Shown here piece by piece: positions 17,050 through 26,129 of a stretch of DNA of 64,000 bases. Below the pieces are notes generated by a model that was not told where the DNA came from, did not search any database, and worked only from the letters and a program-made list of their open reading frames with translations. The stretch covers positions 767 through 64,766 of the forward strand of contig DASRES010000038.1 in the NCBI GenBank assembly GCA_035651955.1, in the 5' to 3' direction. The stretch's first letter is position 1; the number at the start of each line of letters is the position of its first letter. This DNA is from Acidimicrobiia bacterium (GTDB lineage Bacteria > Actinomycetota > Acidimicrobiia > IMCC26256 > JAMXLJ01). Made by a program: the position numbers and the translations under genes.

Positions 17050-20000
17050 TCAGGCCGAAGGGCCGCGGCGGCGGACGACGAACACGCAGCAGTCGTCGAC
17101 CCGCGCGGACCGGTTCGCGAGTCGCGAGACGAGCGCGTCAACGAGCCGCTCGGCGTCCACGTCCGGCGCGGCCCGGGCGAGCTCGACCGCCGTCTCGCGC
17201 AGGCGTTCCAAGCCGGTCTCGAGGGGCGTCTCACGGTCCTCGACGAGCCCGTCCGTGTAGAGCACGACCGACGCGTCGTGGGGGAGGACGACGTCGTGCT
17301 GGGGGCGCGTCGCCCACGTGACCCCGACGGGTGTGCCGGGGCGACCCTCGAGGAACCGCGCCTCGTCGGCCGTCACGAGCAGCGGCGGGGGGTGGCCCGC
17401 CGACACCCACGTGCACGCGCCCGTCGCCGGATCGACCGTCGCGCAGATCGCGGTCGCGAACGTCGACGGGTCGTCGCTCGCCGCGACGACGGCGTCCGTC
17501 CCCGCGACGGTCTCGAGGGGCGTGCGATGGTCCAGCGCGAGCGCCCGCATGCTGTTGCGCAACTGCGTCATGACGCGCGCGGCCGCGACGCCGTGACCGG
17601 CGACGTCGCCGACGACGACGGCGAGTGACTCGTCGATCCGGAACGCGTCGTACCAGTCACCGCCGACCTCGGCGCCGCGCGCAGCCGGGAGATAGCGCGC
17701 CGCGAGCTGCCAGCCCGGCGGCTGCGGGAGCGACTGCGGCAGTGCGGCGTGGGACAGCGTCTCCGCGACGGATCGCTCGAGCTCGTACGCGCGCGCGTGC
17801 GACAGGCTGACCGCGACGCGCACGGCGAGCTCCTCGGCGAGCGCGATGTCGTCGTCGTCGAAGGGTCGCCGCCCCGCGAGCCGGGCGAACGTCAGCACGG
17901 CGATCGTCCGGCCGCGCACGTTGACGGGCACGAAGAGGCCTGGCCCGAGGCCGAGCGACTCGATGAGGTGCACCGCGTCGTCGGGCAGCACCCGCCTGAC
18001 GTCGGACAGCGTGTCGCCCGCGAGCAGCGTCCGGCCCGTCCGCCACACACGCATGACCGGCGCGGCGGAGTCGTGCCCGAAGCGCAGGAGGCCGAGCAGT
18101 TGGCGCGACGCGGCGTCGGCCTCGGGCGACGACACGCAGCCCGCGACGCGCTCGAGCGCGCCGTCCCGGTCGCGGTAGACGGACGACCAGTCCGCGAACG
18201 CGGGAACGACCAGGCGCGCCATGGCGTCGAGCACGGCGTCCTCGTCGAGCGACGCGACCACGCGGCTCGCCTCCGCGAGAAGCGTGATCCGCGCCTGCGC
18301 TGCCTCCGCAGACGCGCGTGCGTGCCGCTCGGCCGCGAGGAGCGAGGAGCGCTCGAGGCTCCACGCCACGCGCTCCGCGACCGCGGTCAGCTGCTCGACG
18401 CGCTCGTCGTCGAAGCCGGTCGCCTCGCGATTCGTCGCCGTGAGCACGCCGATGACCCGCGCCCCCGCGAGGAGCGGCACCGCTGCGGTCGCCTTGCCGA
18501 CGACCGCGCGCCGCGTGCGGACCACCTGGGCGGCGACCGTCTCGGCCGCCCTGCGCGCCTCGCTGCCCGTCGACGCCCGCGGGACGAGGACGTCGTCGGA
18601 CACGACGAACAGCGTGACGTCGTCGGCGTCGACCAGCGTGCAGACGCGCTCCAACACGTCTTCGAGCGCGACCGCGGCGGTGCCGCGACCGTCGTCGCCC
18701 ACCTCGGCGTCGTCGTTCGCCAGCAGGATCGCTTCGGCCGCGAGGCGTGCCGTCTGCTCGGTCGTGAACCTCCGCTCGAGCTGCTCGCGCGCCCGCGCGG
18801 TCGCCGCGAGCGCGGCCAGCGTGCCCGCGTTGAGGTCGACGCGGTGCAGCGCGACCGCGGCCTGGTTCGCCACCGCGGTGAGGAACTCGCGCTCGCGGGG
18901 GACGAACCGCCGCGCCGTCCGGAACCCGATGTGCAGCACGCCGAACGGGGGCTGGCCCTCGACGGCCAGCGGGAGGTTGGCGATCGCGTTGGTGTCCGGG
19001 TTGACGGGCAGCGAGCGGAACAGGGGATACCGCGTGTACAGCTCGTCGCGTGTCGACACGAAGACCGGCGCGCCGCTGCGGATGACGTCGGTCGTCGGTA
19101 CGTCGGCGTCAGCGGGGAACTCCGACCATGCCTGCACGACGTCGTCGTGGTAGCCGGCGGTCGCGTGGAGGACGAAGCGGTCGTCGTCGAGGAGCGCCAC
19201 GCTGGCCGACGCCGCACCCGTCAGCGACAGCGCGTCGACGAAGAGCGTGTGCACCACGTCGTCGCGCGTGCGCGCCGCGGCGAGACCGGCCGTGATGCGC
19301 TGGAGGGCGTCGACGTGCGAGCTGCTCGTGTCGACCGAGTCGACGAGCCGCGCGCGGCTGAGCGCCTGCGCGGTGACGTCCCCGATCGCCTCGAGCAGCG
19401 TCCGCTCCTCGAGGGCGAGCTGGCGGACGGAGACGAACGCGACGGCGAGCGTGCCCACGCGCCCGCGCTGCGTGCTGAGCGGGACGCTCGCGACGCTCGG
19501 CCACCGAGCGCTCACGGGTGCCGCGCCGCTCGACGCAGGGCTCCCCGCGGGCCACCGCGCGTGCACGGCGGTGAGCGCGCCGACGAGGGCGCGGTCGCGC
19601 GCCGCGATGACGTCGGCGTCGTCGACGTCACCGGACGCCGCGCGCGCGACGACCTTCCCGTCCGTGTCGAACAGCGCGACCGCGCCGGCGCCCACGGCCT
19701 CCAACGTCTCCTTCACCGCGACGTCGCCGACGTCCTCCGCGCTCGACGCGCCGGCGAGACGCGCGCCGACGCGCTGCAACGCGGTGAGCGAGGCCGCGGT
19801 GTCCGATGCGCGCAGCGCCGCCGCGTGCTGCGCCACGGCTGCCCGCAGCCATTCGGCCGTCGTCGCGTCCGGTGTCCCCACCGGGCCGTCGACGTCGCCG
19901 GCCGGGAGCCCCGCGCCGACCAGCACGGGCGCGCCGTCCTCGAACGCGCGACCGACGCACGTGACGAGCTCGAGGATCGAGCCGTCACGACAGCGGACAC

Positions 20001-20271
20001 GCGTGCGGCGCGGCGTGATGTCGCCCGCGACGCGTAGCGCGGTCACGCGGCGCGCGTCGTCCACGGTGTCGGGCGGTGCGAGTAGCGCGGCGATGTCGGC
20101 ACCGCGCGCCTCCTGCGCGGTGTACCCGTAGAGTCGCTGCGCCTCCGTGCCCCACCGGCGGATCGTGCCGTGCTCGTCGGTGACCACGACCGCGACGGGC
20201 TCGGACGCGAGCCGCCGGGCCCACCACTCGCCGCTTCCCCTCGGTGCTTCGCCGGCGCGGTTGGTCGTCAC
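17050..20271 (-). CDS. PAS - multi-GAF - PP2C (SpoIIE/RsbU-type) serine phosphatase, 1073 aa
   Basis: Track ORF 17050..20271. It has an N-terminal PAS (VVTDEHGTIRRWGTEAQRLYGYTAQEARG) and several GAF-like repeats. The C-terminal SpoIIE domain reads ARYLPAARGAEVGGDWYDAF…VVVGDVAGHGVAAARVMTQLR…YTDGLVE. Confidence 0.85.
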   Translation of the reverse strand: MTTNRAGEAPRGSGEWWARRLASEPVAVVVTDEHGTIRRWGTEAQRLYGYTAQEARGADIAALLAPPDTVDDARRVTALRVAGDITPRRTRVRCRDGSILELVTCVGRAFEDGAPVLVGAGLPAGDVDGPVGTPDATTAEWLRAAVAQHAAALRASDTAASLTALQRVGARLAGASSAEDVGDVAVKETLEAVGAGAVALFDTDGKVVARAASGDVDDADVIAARDRALVGALTAVHARWPAGSPASSGAAPVSARWPSVASVPLSTQRGRVGTLAVAFVSVRQLALEERTLLEAIGDVTAQALSRARLVDSVDTSSSHVDALQRITAGLAAARTRDDVVHTLFVDALSLTGAASASVALLDDDRFVLHATAGYHDDVVQAWSEFPADADVPTTDVIRSGAPVFVSTRDELYTRYPLFRSLPVNPDTNAIANLPLAVEGQPPFGVLHIGFRTARRFVPREREFLTAVANQAAVALHRVDLNAGTLAALAATARAREQLERRFTTEQTARLAAEAILLANDDAEVGDDGRGTAAVALEDVLERVCTLVDADDVTLFVVSDDVLVPRASTGSEARRAAETVAAQVVRTRRAVVGKATAAVPLLAGARVIGVLTATNREATGFDDERVEQLTAVAERVAWSLERSSLLAAERHARASAEAAQARITLLAEASRVVASLDEDAVLDAMARLVVPAFADWSSVYRDRDGALERVAGCVSSPEADAASRQLLGLLRFGHDSAAPVMRVWRTGRTLLAGDTLSDVRRVLPDDAVHLIESLGLGPGLFVPVNVRGRTIAVLTFARLAGRRPFDDDDIALAEELAVRVAVSLSHARAYELERSVAETLSHAALPQSLPQPPGWQLAARYLPAARGAEVGGDWYDAFRIDESLAVVVGDVAGHGVAAARVMTQLRNSMRALALDHRTPLETVAGTDAVVAASDDPSTFATAICATVDPATGACTWVSAGHPPPLLVTADEARFLEGRPGTPVGVTWATRPQHDVVLPHDASVVLYTDGLVEDRETPLETGLERLRETAVELARAAPDVDAERLVDALVSRLANRSARVDDCCVFVVRRRGPSA

Positions 20272-20376
20272 CTCGGACCAGCATGCCGCGGGCCGGCTGT
20301 GATTACTCGTGGCGCGGCCCAGGGCCTCCGGACGGTGAGCGATCGTGACGCGGCGTGGCGAACAGGGTCCGGACGG

Positions 20377-20850
20377 CTACGCGCGCGACTCCAGGACCTC
20401 GCGGACGTGTCGGACGACGCGCAGGCTCGCGCGGACGTCCTGGTCGCGCAGGTCGCCGAGGAGCTCGTCGGCGAAGCGCAGCAGGCCGGTGCGGAAGTCG
20501 CGTGTGAGCCGGCGGCCCGACGCCGTCAGCTCGACGAACGTGGCGCGCCGGTCGGACGGGTGCTCGACGCGGCGGGCGAGCCCGTCGCGCTCGAGGGCGT
20601 CGACGAGCCCGGTCACCGCACGGGGCGTCACGTCGAGCGCCCGGCTCAGCTCCGACATGACGAGCGGCCCCGAGTCGGCGAGCACGTTGAGTAGCCGGGC
20701 CCGGGCCTGGGTGAGACGGCGCCGGCGGAGCGCGTCCGTCCGGAGGTGCTCGAGCAGCGGCGCGAGGTTGACGAGCTCCACGAGCACCTGATCGCGGGCG
20801 TCGTCGCGCGCCTCCTCGGGGACGGTTCCGGCCGGCGTCGCGGTGCGCAT
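20377..20850 (-). CDS. MarR family transcriptional regulator
   Basis: Track ORF 20377..20850. Winged-helix region: LTQARARLLNVLADSGPLVMSELSRALDVTPRAVTGLVDALERDGLARRVEHPSDRRATFVELTASG. Confidence 0.85.
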   Translation of the reverse strand: MRTATPAGTVPEEARDDARDQVLVELVNLAPLLEHLRTDALRRRRLTQARARLLNVLADSGPLVMSELSRALDVTPRAVTGLVDALERDGLARRVEHPSDRRATFVELTASGRRLTRDFRTGLLRFADELLGDLRDQDVRASLRVVRHVREVLESRA

Positions 20851-20858
20851 TAGTGAAG

Positions 20859-20880
20859 AAGCTACACCATGTTGTAGATT
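20859..20880. promoter_or_regulatory. Compact divergent promoter/operator: palindrome CTACACCATGTTGTAG (20862-20877) flanked by two TANNNT boxes
   Basis: The 16-bp palindrome has 7 of 8 pairs matching. TAGATT (20875-20880, plus strand) ends 8 nt before the ABC GTG at 20889. TAGCTT (complement of 20859-20864) ends 8 nt before the MarR ATG at 20850. This geometry fits leaderless transcription in both directions. Confidence 0.4.
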
Positions 20881-20888
20881 CAGCGTCC

Positions 20889-21890
20889 GTGTCCGGAGGC
20901 GTCGTCGCGGAGCAGCTCGTCAAGCGGTTCGGCACGTTCACCGCGCTCGACCGCGTCGACTTCACGGCGCGCGAGGGCCTCGTCACCGGTCTTCTTGGGC
21001 CGAACGGCGCGGGCAAGACGACGACGATCCGCATCCTGACGACGCTGCTGCATCCCGACGGCGGCCGCGCGTCCGTCGCGGGTTACGACGTCGTCACCCA
21101 ACCGCAGCTCGTCCGGAGCGTGATCGGGTTGACCGGTCAGTACGCGGCCGTCGACGAGGAGCTCACGGGACGCGAGAACCTCGTGCTGATCGGCCGGCTC
21201 GGTCGGATGCCGAAGCGTGCCGCGCGCGAGCGCGCCGCCGATCTGCTCGGCATCTTCCAGTTGACGGACGCAGCCGACCGTCTCCTGCGCACGTACTCGG
21301 GCGGCATGCGCCGCCGGCTCGACCTCGCGGCGAGCCTGATGTTCGCACCGCCCGTGCTGTTCCTCGACGAGCCGACGACCGGTCTCGATCCCCGCAGCCG
21401 GCTCGAGCTGTGGGACGTGATCATCGAGTTGAAGCAGCGTGGCACGACGATCGTGCTGACGACGCAGTACCTGGAGGAGGCCGATCAGCTCGCGGACACG
21501 ATCAGCGTGATCGACGCGGGCGGGATCATCGCCGAGGGGACGGCGGACGAGCTCAAGACCAAGGTCGGTGGCGACGTGCTCGACCTGCGCGTCGCGGATC
21601 GCGCGTCCACGGCACGCGCCGCGCTCGCGCTCGCGCGCGCGTTCGAGGTGTCGGAGGGTGAGCTCACGATCGACCGCGACCTGGGCAGCGTCGTCGTGCC
21701 CGTCGCGGCAGGCTCGGCCGCGCTCGTCGAGGCGGTCCGTGCGCTCGACGCCGCCGACGTCGAGGTCGCCGACCTCGGCCTGCGACGCCCGTCGCTCGAC
21801 GACGTGTTCCTGAGCCTGACCGGTCACGTCGCCGAGGAGCAGCGGTCGGAACCGGCGCCGCCGCGCAAGCGCCGGCCCATGGGGAGCTGA
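20889..21890 (+). CDS. ABC transporter ATP-binding protein (DrrA/ABC-2 exporter type)
   Basis: Track ORF 20853..21890. Walker A GPNGAGKTTT, signature YSGGMRRRL, Walker B LFLDEPTTGLD. I prefer the GTG start at 20889 because of the -10 geometry; GTG 20853 is the alternative. Confidence 0.85.
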   Translation: MSGGVVAEQLVKRFGTFTALDRVDFTAREGLVTGLLGPNGAGKTTTIRILTTLLHPDGGRASVAGYDVVTQPQLVRSVIGLTGQYAAVDEELTGRENLVLIGRLGRMPKRAARERAADLLGIFQLTDAADRLLRTYSGGMRRRLDLAASLMFAPPVLFLDEPTTGLDPRSRLELWDVIIELKQRGTTIVLTTQYLEEADQLADTISVIDAGGIIAEGTADELKTKVGGDVLDLRVADRASTARAALALARAFEVSEGELTIDRDLGSVVVPVAAGSAALVEAVRALDAADVEVADLGLRRPSLDDVFLSLTGHVAEEQRSEPAPPRKRRPMGS

Positions 21891-21898
21891 GGCATTCG

Positions 21899-22741
21899 AT
21901 GGCAGCAGTCACGACGACGTTCGACGCCGCGACAGCCGAGAAGCGCGCCGCGCTGCCTCCCGCGCGTGTGCTCGCGGACATCGGGCTCGTCGCCGGGCGC
22001 AACCTCCGGCGCGTGCTGCGCAACACGGGCCTCATCGTGTTCTCGACGATCCAGCCGCTGATGCAGCTCATCCTCTTCGCGTACGTGTTCGCCGCCGTCG
22101 CGCACGTGCCGGGGATCAGCTACAAGGACTTCGTCGTCCCCGCCGTGCTCGTGCAGAGCATGACGTTCGCAGCGATGGGCTCGGGGGTCGGCATCGCCAA
22201 CGACATGCAGACGGGCATGGTCGACCGGTTCCGCTCGCTGCCGATCGCGCGATCCGCCTTCCTCGTCGGTCGCACGACGAGCGACAGCGCGCGCCTCGCG
22301 ATCCAGAGCATCATCCTCATCGTCGCCGCGCTCGCCATCGGGTTCCGGTTCCACGCGGGCATCGGCGGCGCGATCGGCATGGCGCTCGTGCTCGTGCTGT
22401 TCGGCGTCGCGCTCACCGCGTTCTCGGCGTGGGTCGGGCTCGCGATCGGGGATCCGGAGACCGTCCAGGCAGCGGTGTTCATCCCGATCCTGCCGCTGAT
22501 GTTCACGAGCAGCGCGTTCGCGCCCGTGCGCGCGCTGCCGGGGTGGATGCAGCCGCTCGCGCGCTGGAACCCGATCACGGCCGCCATCGACACCGCGCGC
22601 GGCCTCGCGCTCGGCGACTCGCAGCTGGCCCGCGTCAGTCACACGCACCTGCACACCGCGGCCTGGCACTTCGGCGCATGGTGGATCGTGATCGTCACGG
22701 TCTTCACCGCGCTCGCCGTCCGGCGCTACCGCCGGGGCTGA
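21899..22741 (+). CDS. ABC-2 type transporter permease (DrrB-like)
   Basis: Track ORF 21899..22741. Six hydrophobic segments; follows the ATPase gene by 8 nt. Confidence 0.85.
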   Translation: MAAVTTTFDAATAEKRAALPPARVLADIGLVAGRNLRRVLRNTGLIVFSTIQPLMQLILFAYVFAAVAHVPGISYKDFVVPAVLVQSMTFAAMGSGVGIANDMQTGMVDRFRSLPIARSAFLVGRTTSDSARLAIQSIILIVAALAIGFRFHAGIGGAIGMALVLVLFGVALTAFSAWVGLAIGDPETVQAAVFIPILPLMFTSSAFAPVRALPGWMQPLARWNPITAAIDTARGLALGDSQLARVSHTHLHTAAWHFGAWWIVIVTVFTALAVRRYRRG

Positions 22742-22748
22742 CCAGCTT

Positions 22749-22873
22749 CACGGGCGGACGAAGCCGAGCCGTGCGCGGATGCGCGGGACGGCTCGGCCCG
22801 AGGGAGCCGTCGACACGGACGAAGCCGAGCCGTGCGCGGATGCGCGGGACGGCTCGGCCCGAGGGGCGGTCGA
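22749..22873 (+). repeat. Tandem 61-bp repeat (2 copies), each carrying a 35-nt GC hairpin (22763-22797 and 22824-22858)
   Basis: Direct repeat of GGACGAAGCCGAGCCGTGCGCGGATGCGCGGGACGGCTCGGCCCGAGGG with period 61. The hairpin is GCCG-AGCCGT-GCGC-ggat-GCGC-ggg-ACGGCT-CGGC. It starts about 20 nt after the permease stop. Confidence 0.85.
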
Positions 22874-22888
22874 CGCGGGCCCGGACGC

Positions 22889-22927
22889 GAGACGAGGCCC
22901 CGGAGGGGAAGAACGGGGCCCCGTCTC
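22889..22927 (+). terminator. Third strong hairpin after the tandem repeat (GAGACGAGGCCCCG-N11-CGGGGCCCCGTCTC), no U-tract
   Basis: 13 of 14 stem positions pair. It lies in the 439-bp gap between the ABC permease gene and the next gene on the same strand. Confidence 0.4.
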
Positions 22928-23180
22928 GAACGCTGCGTGCGCCGGGGGGAGTGCGCCGCAGTGTGTGCAGGCCACCTGATCGGCCGGCCGTGTCCCGATC
23001 TGAGGCGTTCGCGGCACGGTTCGTCCGATCCGCGGCGCGTGGTCGGGGTGCCACCGCGCGGCGGCTACCGTTTGGCGCCCAGGATCGCGAGCGCCCGGCG
23101 CCGCACCGGGAACGCCGAGGGGACCGGTCGGGAGCCCGACCGGGGACCTGGCCGGGAACGAGGAGCCCTCGCTGCACGAC

Positions 23181-26129
23181 GTGCCGCCGATCGAACCGGT
23201 GACGGACGGGGCCCGCTCGGTCCTCGACCGCGCCGTGCTCGACCACGTGCAGCTCGCCGTCCTCGTGATGGATCTCACCGGCACGGTCGTCGACTGCAAC
23301 CGTCACGCGGCCGAGCTGTTCGGGCTCGCGCGCGCCGAGCTCGTCGGGAGCTCGTCGACCGCGTTCACGCTCGAGGCGATCGACCCGGACCTGCGCCGTG
23401 AGATCGGGCACCGCCTCCAGGCCCGCGAGCCGTGGGAGGGCGACTTCCGGCTGCGACGGGCGGACGGGACCGTCGCGGTCGTGCACGCCATCGACTCGGG
23501 CGTGTTCGACGACGACGGCCGGCTGACGGGTGTCGTCTCGGTCGCGACCGACGTGACCGAGCGGTGGCGCGCCACCCGGCGCCTCGTCGCGCAGCACGAG
23601 ATGACGCGTGTGCTCGCGACGGCAGGCGACCTGGACGAGGCGAGCGGCCGCATCGTCGAGCTCCTGCGCGACGAGCTCGAGTGGTCGCTCGGCGCGTTGT
23701 GGGAGGGCGCGGCGGACGGCGACGTCCTCCGATGCGTCGCGGTGTCGGCCGCCGACGACGTCGACCCGACGTTCGCGAAGGAGACACTCGCGACGTGCCT
23801 CGCGCGCGGCGAGGGTCTTCCCGGACGCGTCTGGGCCGACGGCGAGCCGGCGTGGATCGAGGACGTGACATGCGACGCCAACTTCCCTCGTGCGCGGGCT
23901 GCGGCGGGCGCGGGGCTGCATCGCGCGCTAGCCGTCCCCGTCGCGGGTCGCGACGACGTGCTCGGGGTGCTCGAGCTCTTCGGCACCACGACGCAGCCCG
24001 TCGACGAGGACCTCGTCGCGACGACGGTCGCGCTCGCGAGCCAGCTCGGTCAGTTCCTCGATCGTCGCCGTGCCGAAGACGCCGCCCGAACGACCGAGGC
24101 CCGGCGCGCCGCGATGTTCGAAGCCGCGCTCGACGCCATCGTGTCGATCGACCGTGACGGTCGCGTGATCGAGTGGAACCCGGCGGCGCAGTCGACGTTC
24201 GGGTGGACGCGCGACGAGGCGATCGGCACGCCGATGCACGAGCTCGTCGTCCCGCCGGATCTCCGCGAGCACCACGTGCGCGGCTTCGCGCGGCACCTCG
24301 CGACCGGGTACCGGTCGATGCTCGGTCGCCGGGTGGAGACGCGGGCAGTGCGGCGCGACGGCGCCGAGCTCCCGGTCGAGCTGACGATCGCGCGCATCGA
24401 CGCCGGACCGGAGCCGGTCTTCACCGCGTTCATGCGCGACATCTCCGATCGCGTGCGGGCCGAGACCGAGCGCGAGGACCTCGCGCGACGGGAGCAGGCG
24501 GCGCGCAGCCGGCTCGAGCTCCTCGCGCAGCTCGGCAACATCCTCACCGTCGAGCGCGACGTGCGCGCGCGCCTGCAGGCCATGGCGGGCGTGCTGCTGC
24601 CGGTGTTCGCCGACATGTGCGCGGTCATCACGCGCGATCCCGACGGCAGCGTCCGCCTCGTCGCGCTCGCCCACGCCGACCCGGTGAAGCAGGCGTTGAT
24701 CGACGCCGTCGGCGACTGGCGCCCATTCGTGCTCGACGACGTTCCCGCGGTCGAGGAAGCCGTCACCCTGGAGCCGCTGCTCCTCGAGCACATCCAACCG
24801 GGGATGCTCGACTTCGTGTTCGGCGACGAGCACGAGCGCGAGCTCGTGCGCGCGTTCGACCTGAAGTCGGTGGTGTCCGTCCCGCTCCCCGGCGAGGAGG
24901 GCCCGATCGGCGCGATCGCGTTCGCGACGTCCGACCCGTCACGCCGCTACACGGAGGACGACCTCGCGCTCGCCGAGGAGATCGCGCGCCGGTTCGGACC
25001 CGCGGTCGAGAGCGCGCTGCAGCTCGAGCGCGAACGACACGTCGCGGAGACGCTGCAGCGGAGCCTCCTGCCCGAGCATCTTCCCGACGTTCCCGAGGTC
25101 GACCTCGCCGCGCGCTACCTGCCCGCGACGGCGGGAGTCAGCGTCGGCGGTGACTGGTACGACGTGCTCGCGCTCTCCGACGGCCGTGTGCTCTTCGCCA
25201 TCGGGGACGTCGTCGGTCACGGCGTGCGGGCCGCGGCGGTGATGGGCCGCGCGCGTGCGGCACTCCAATTCTGCGCGCTCGCGGAGCTCGAGCCGTCGGA
25301 GGTCCTGACGCGCCTCAACGCGTTCTTCTCGGCCGCGGCCGACGGCAGCATGTCGACGCTGTTCGTGATGGTCTACGACCCCGCGACGACCACCGCGCAC
25401 TACGCGAGCGCGGGACACCCGCCCGCGCTGGTGCGCGAGGCGAGCGGCGAGGTACGGGCGCTCGAGGGCGCGCGCGGCACGCCGCTCGCCGCGGACGCCG
25501 TGCACACGTTCGTGCAGTGCACCGAGACGCTCTCGCCCGGCGCGACCGTGTTGCTGTACACGGACGGGCTCGTCGAGCGGCGACGCGAGTCGCTCGATGT
25601 CGGCTTCGCCCGGCTGCACGAAACGTTCCGCGACGGTCCCCGCGATCTCGAGGCCCTGGTCGACCACGTCGTCGCGGAGCTGGTCGGGCCCGGCGGGGGA
25701 GCGGACGACGTCGCGGTGCTCGCGTTCCGTCCCGCCCCCGAGAACGAGCGGCTGTCGCTCACCCTCCCGACCGACCCCCGGCAGCTGCGCGTCCTGCGGT
25801 CGCGGCTCGCGGGGTGGCTGACACGGCGAGGCGTCGACGCCGAGACGGTCTTCGACCTCAACCTCGCGGTGACCGAGGCGGCGGGCAACGCGATCGCGCA
25901 CGCGTACGGGCTCGGCGACGGCGAGTTCGGGGTCGACGTCCACCTCGAGGACGACGTCGTGGTGTGCACGGTCACCGACCGCGGTCACTGGCGTGTCGAG
26001 CGCCGCGACGGCTACGGCCGCGGGCTGATGCTCATGCGCGCGCTCACCGAGCAGGTCGAGATCGAGACGAGCGACGACGGCACCCGTGTCGAGATGCGCC
26101 GTCGCGTCGCGGTCAGGTGTGCCGGCTGA
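23181..26129 (+). CDS. PAS-GAF-PAS-GAF-PP2C(SpoIIE) phosphatase fused to a C-terminal RsbW-like HATPase (anti-sigma kinase) domain, 982 aa
   Basis: Track ORF 23181..26129. Two PAS regions (VLVMDLTGTVVDCNRHAAELFG; IVSIDRDGRVIEWNPAAQSTFGW) and two GAF-like regions. SpoIIE core: ARYLPATAGVSVGGDWYDV…FAIGDVVGHGVRAAAVMGR…LYTDGLVE. The tail reads LAVTEAAGNAIAHAYG…VTDRGHW…GRGLMLMRAL, typical of RsbW/SpoIIAB-type kinases. Confidence 0.85.
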   Translation: MPPIEPVTDGARSVLDRAVLDHVQLAVLVMDLTGTVVDCNRHAAELFGLARAELVGSSSTAFTLEAIDPDLRREIGHRLQAREPWEGDFRLRRADGTVAVVHAIDSGVFDDDGRLTGVVSVATDVTERWRATRRLVAQHEMTRVLATAGDLDEASGRIVELLRDELEWSLGALWEGAADGDVLRCVAVSAADDVDPTFAKETLATCLARGEGLPGRVWADGEPAWIEDVTCDANFPRARAAAGAGLHRALAVPVAGRDDVLGVLELFGTTTQPVDEDLVATTVALASQLGQFLDRRRAEDAARTTEARRAAMFEAALDAIVSIDRDGRVIEWNPAAQSTFGWTRDEAIGTPMHELVVPPDLREHHVRGFARHLATGYRSMLGRRVETRAVRRDGAELPVELTIARIDAGPEPVFTAFMRDISDRVRAETEREDLARREQAARSRLELLAQLGNILTVERDVRARLQAMAGVLLPVFADMCAVITRDPDGSVRLVALAHADPVKQALIDAVGDWRPFVLDDVPAVEEAVTLEPLLLEHIQPGMLDFVFGDEHERELVRAFDLKSVVSVPLPGEEGPIGAIAFATSDPSRRYTEDDLALAEEIARRFGPAVESALQLERERHVAETLQRSLLPEHLPDVPEVDLAARYLPATAGVSVGGDWYDVLALSDGRVLFAIGDVVGHGVRAAAVMGRARAALQFCALAELEPSEVLTRLNAFFSAAADGSMSTLFVMVYDPATTTAHYASAGHPPALVREASGEVRALEGARGTPLAADAVHTFVQCTETLSPGATVLLYTDGLVERRRESLDVGFARLHETFRDGPRDLEALVDHVVAELVGPGGGADDVAVLAFRPAPENERLSLTLPTDPRQLRVLRSRLAGWLTRRGVDAETVFDLNLAVTEAAGNAIAHAYGLGDGEFGVDVHLEDDVVVCTVTDRGHWRVERRDGYGRGLMLMRALTEQVEIETSDDGTRVEMRRRVAVRCAG

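Noticed and set aside
22749-22873. CRISPR array interpretation of the tandem repeats here and at 62021-62197.
   Set aside because: There are only 2-3 copies. The repeats are directly adjacent or overlapping with no unique spacers of 25-40 bp. No cas genes are present in the window.
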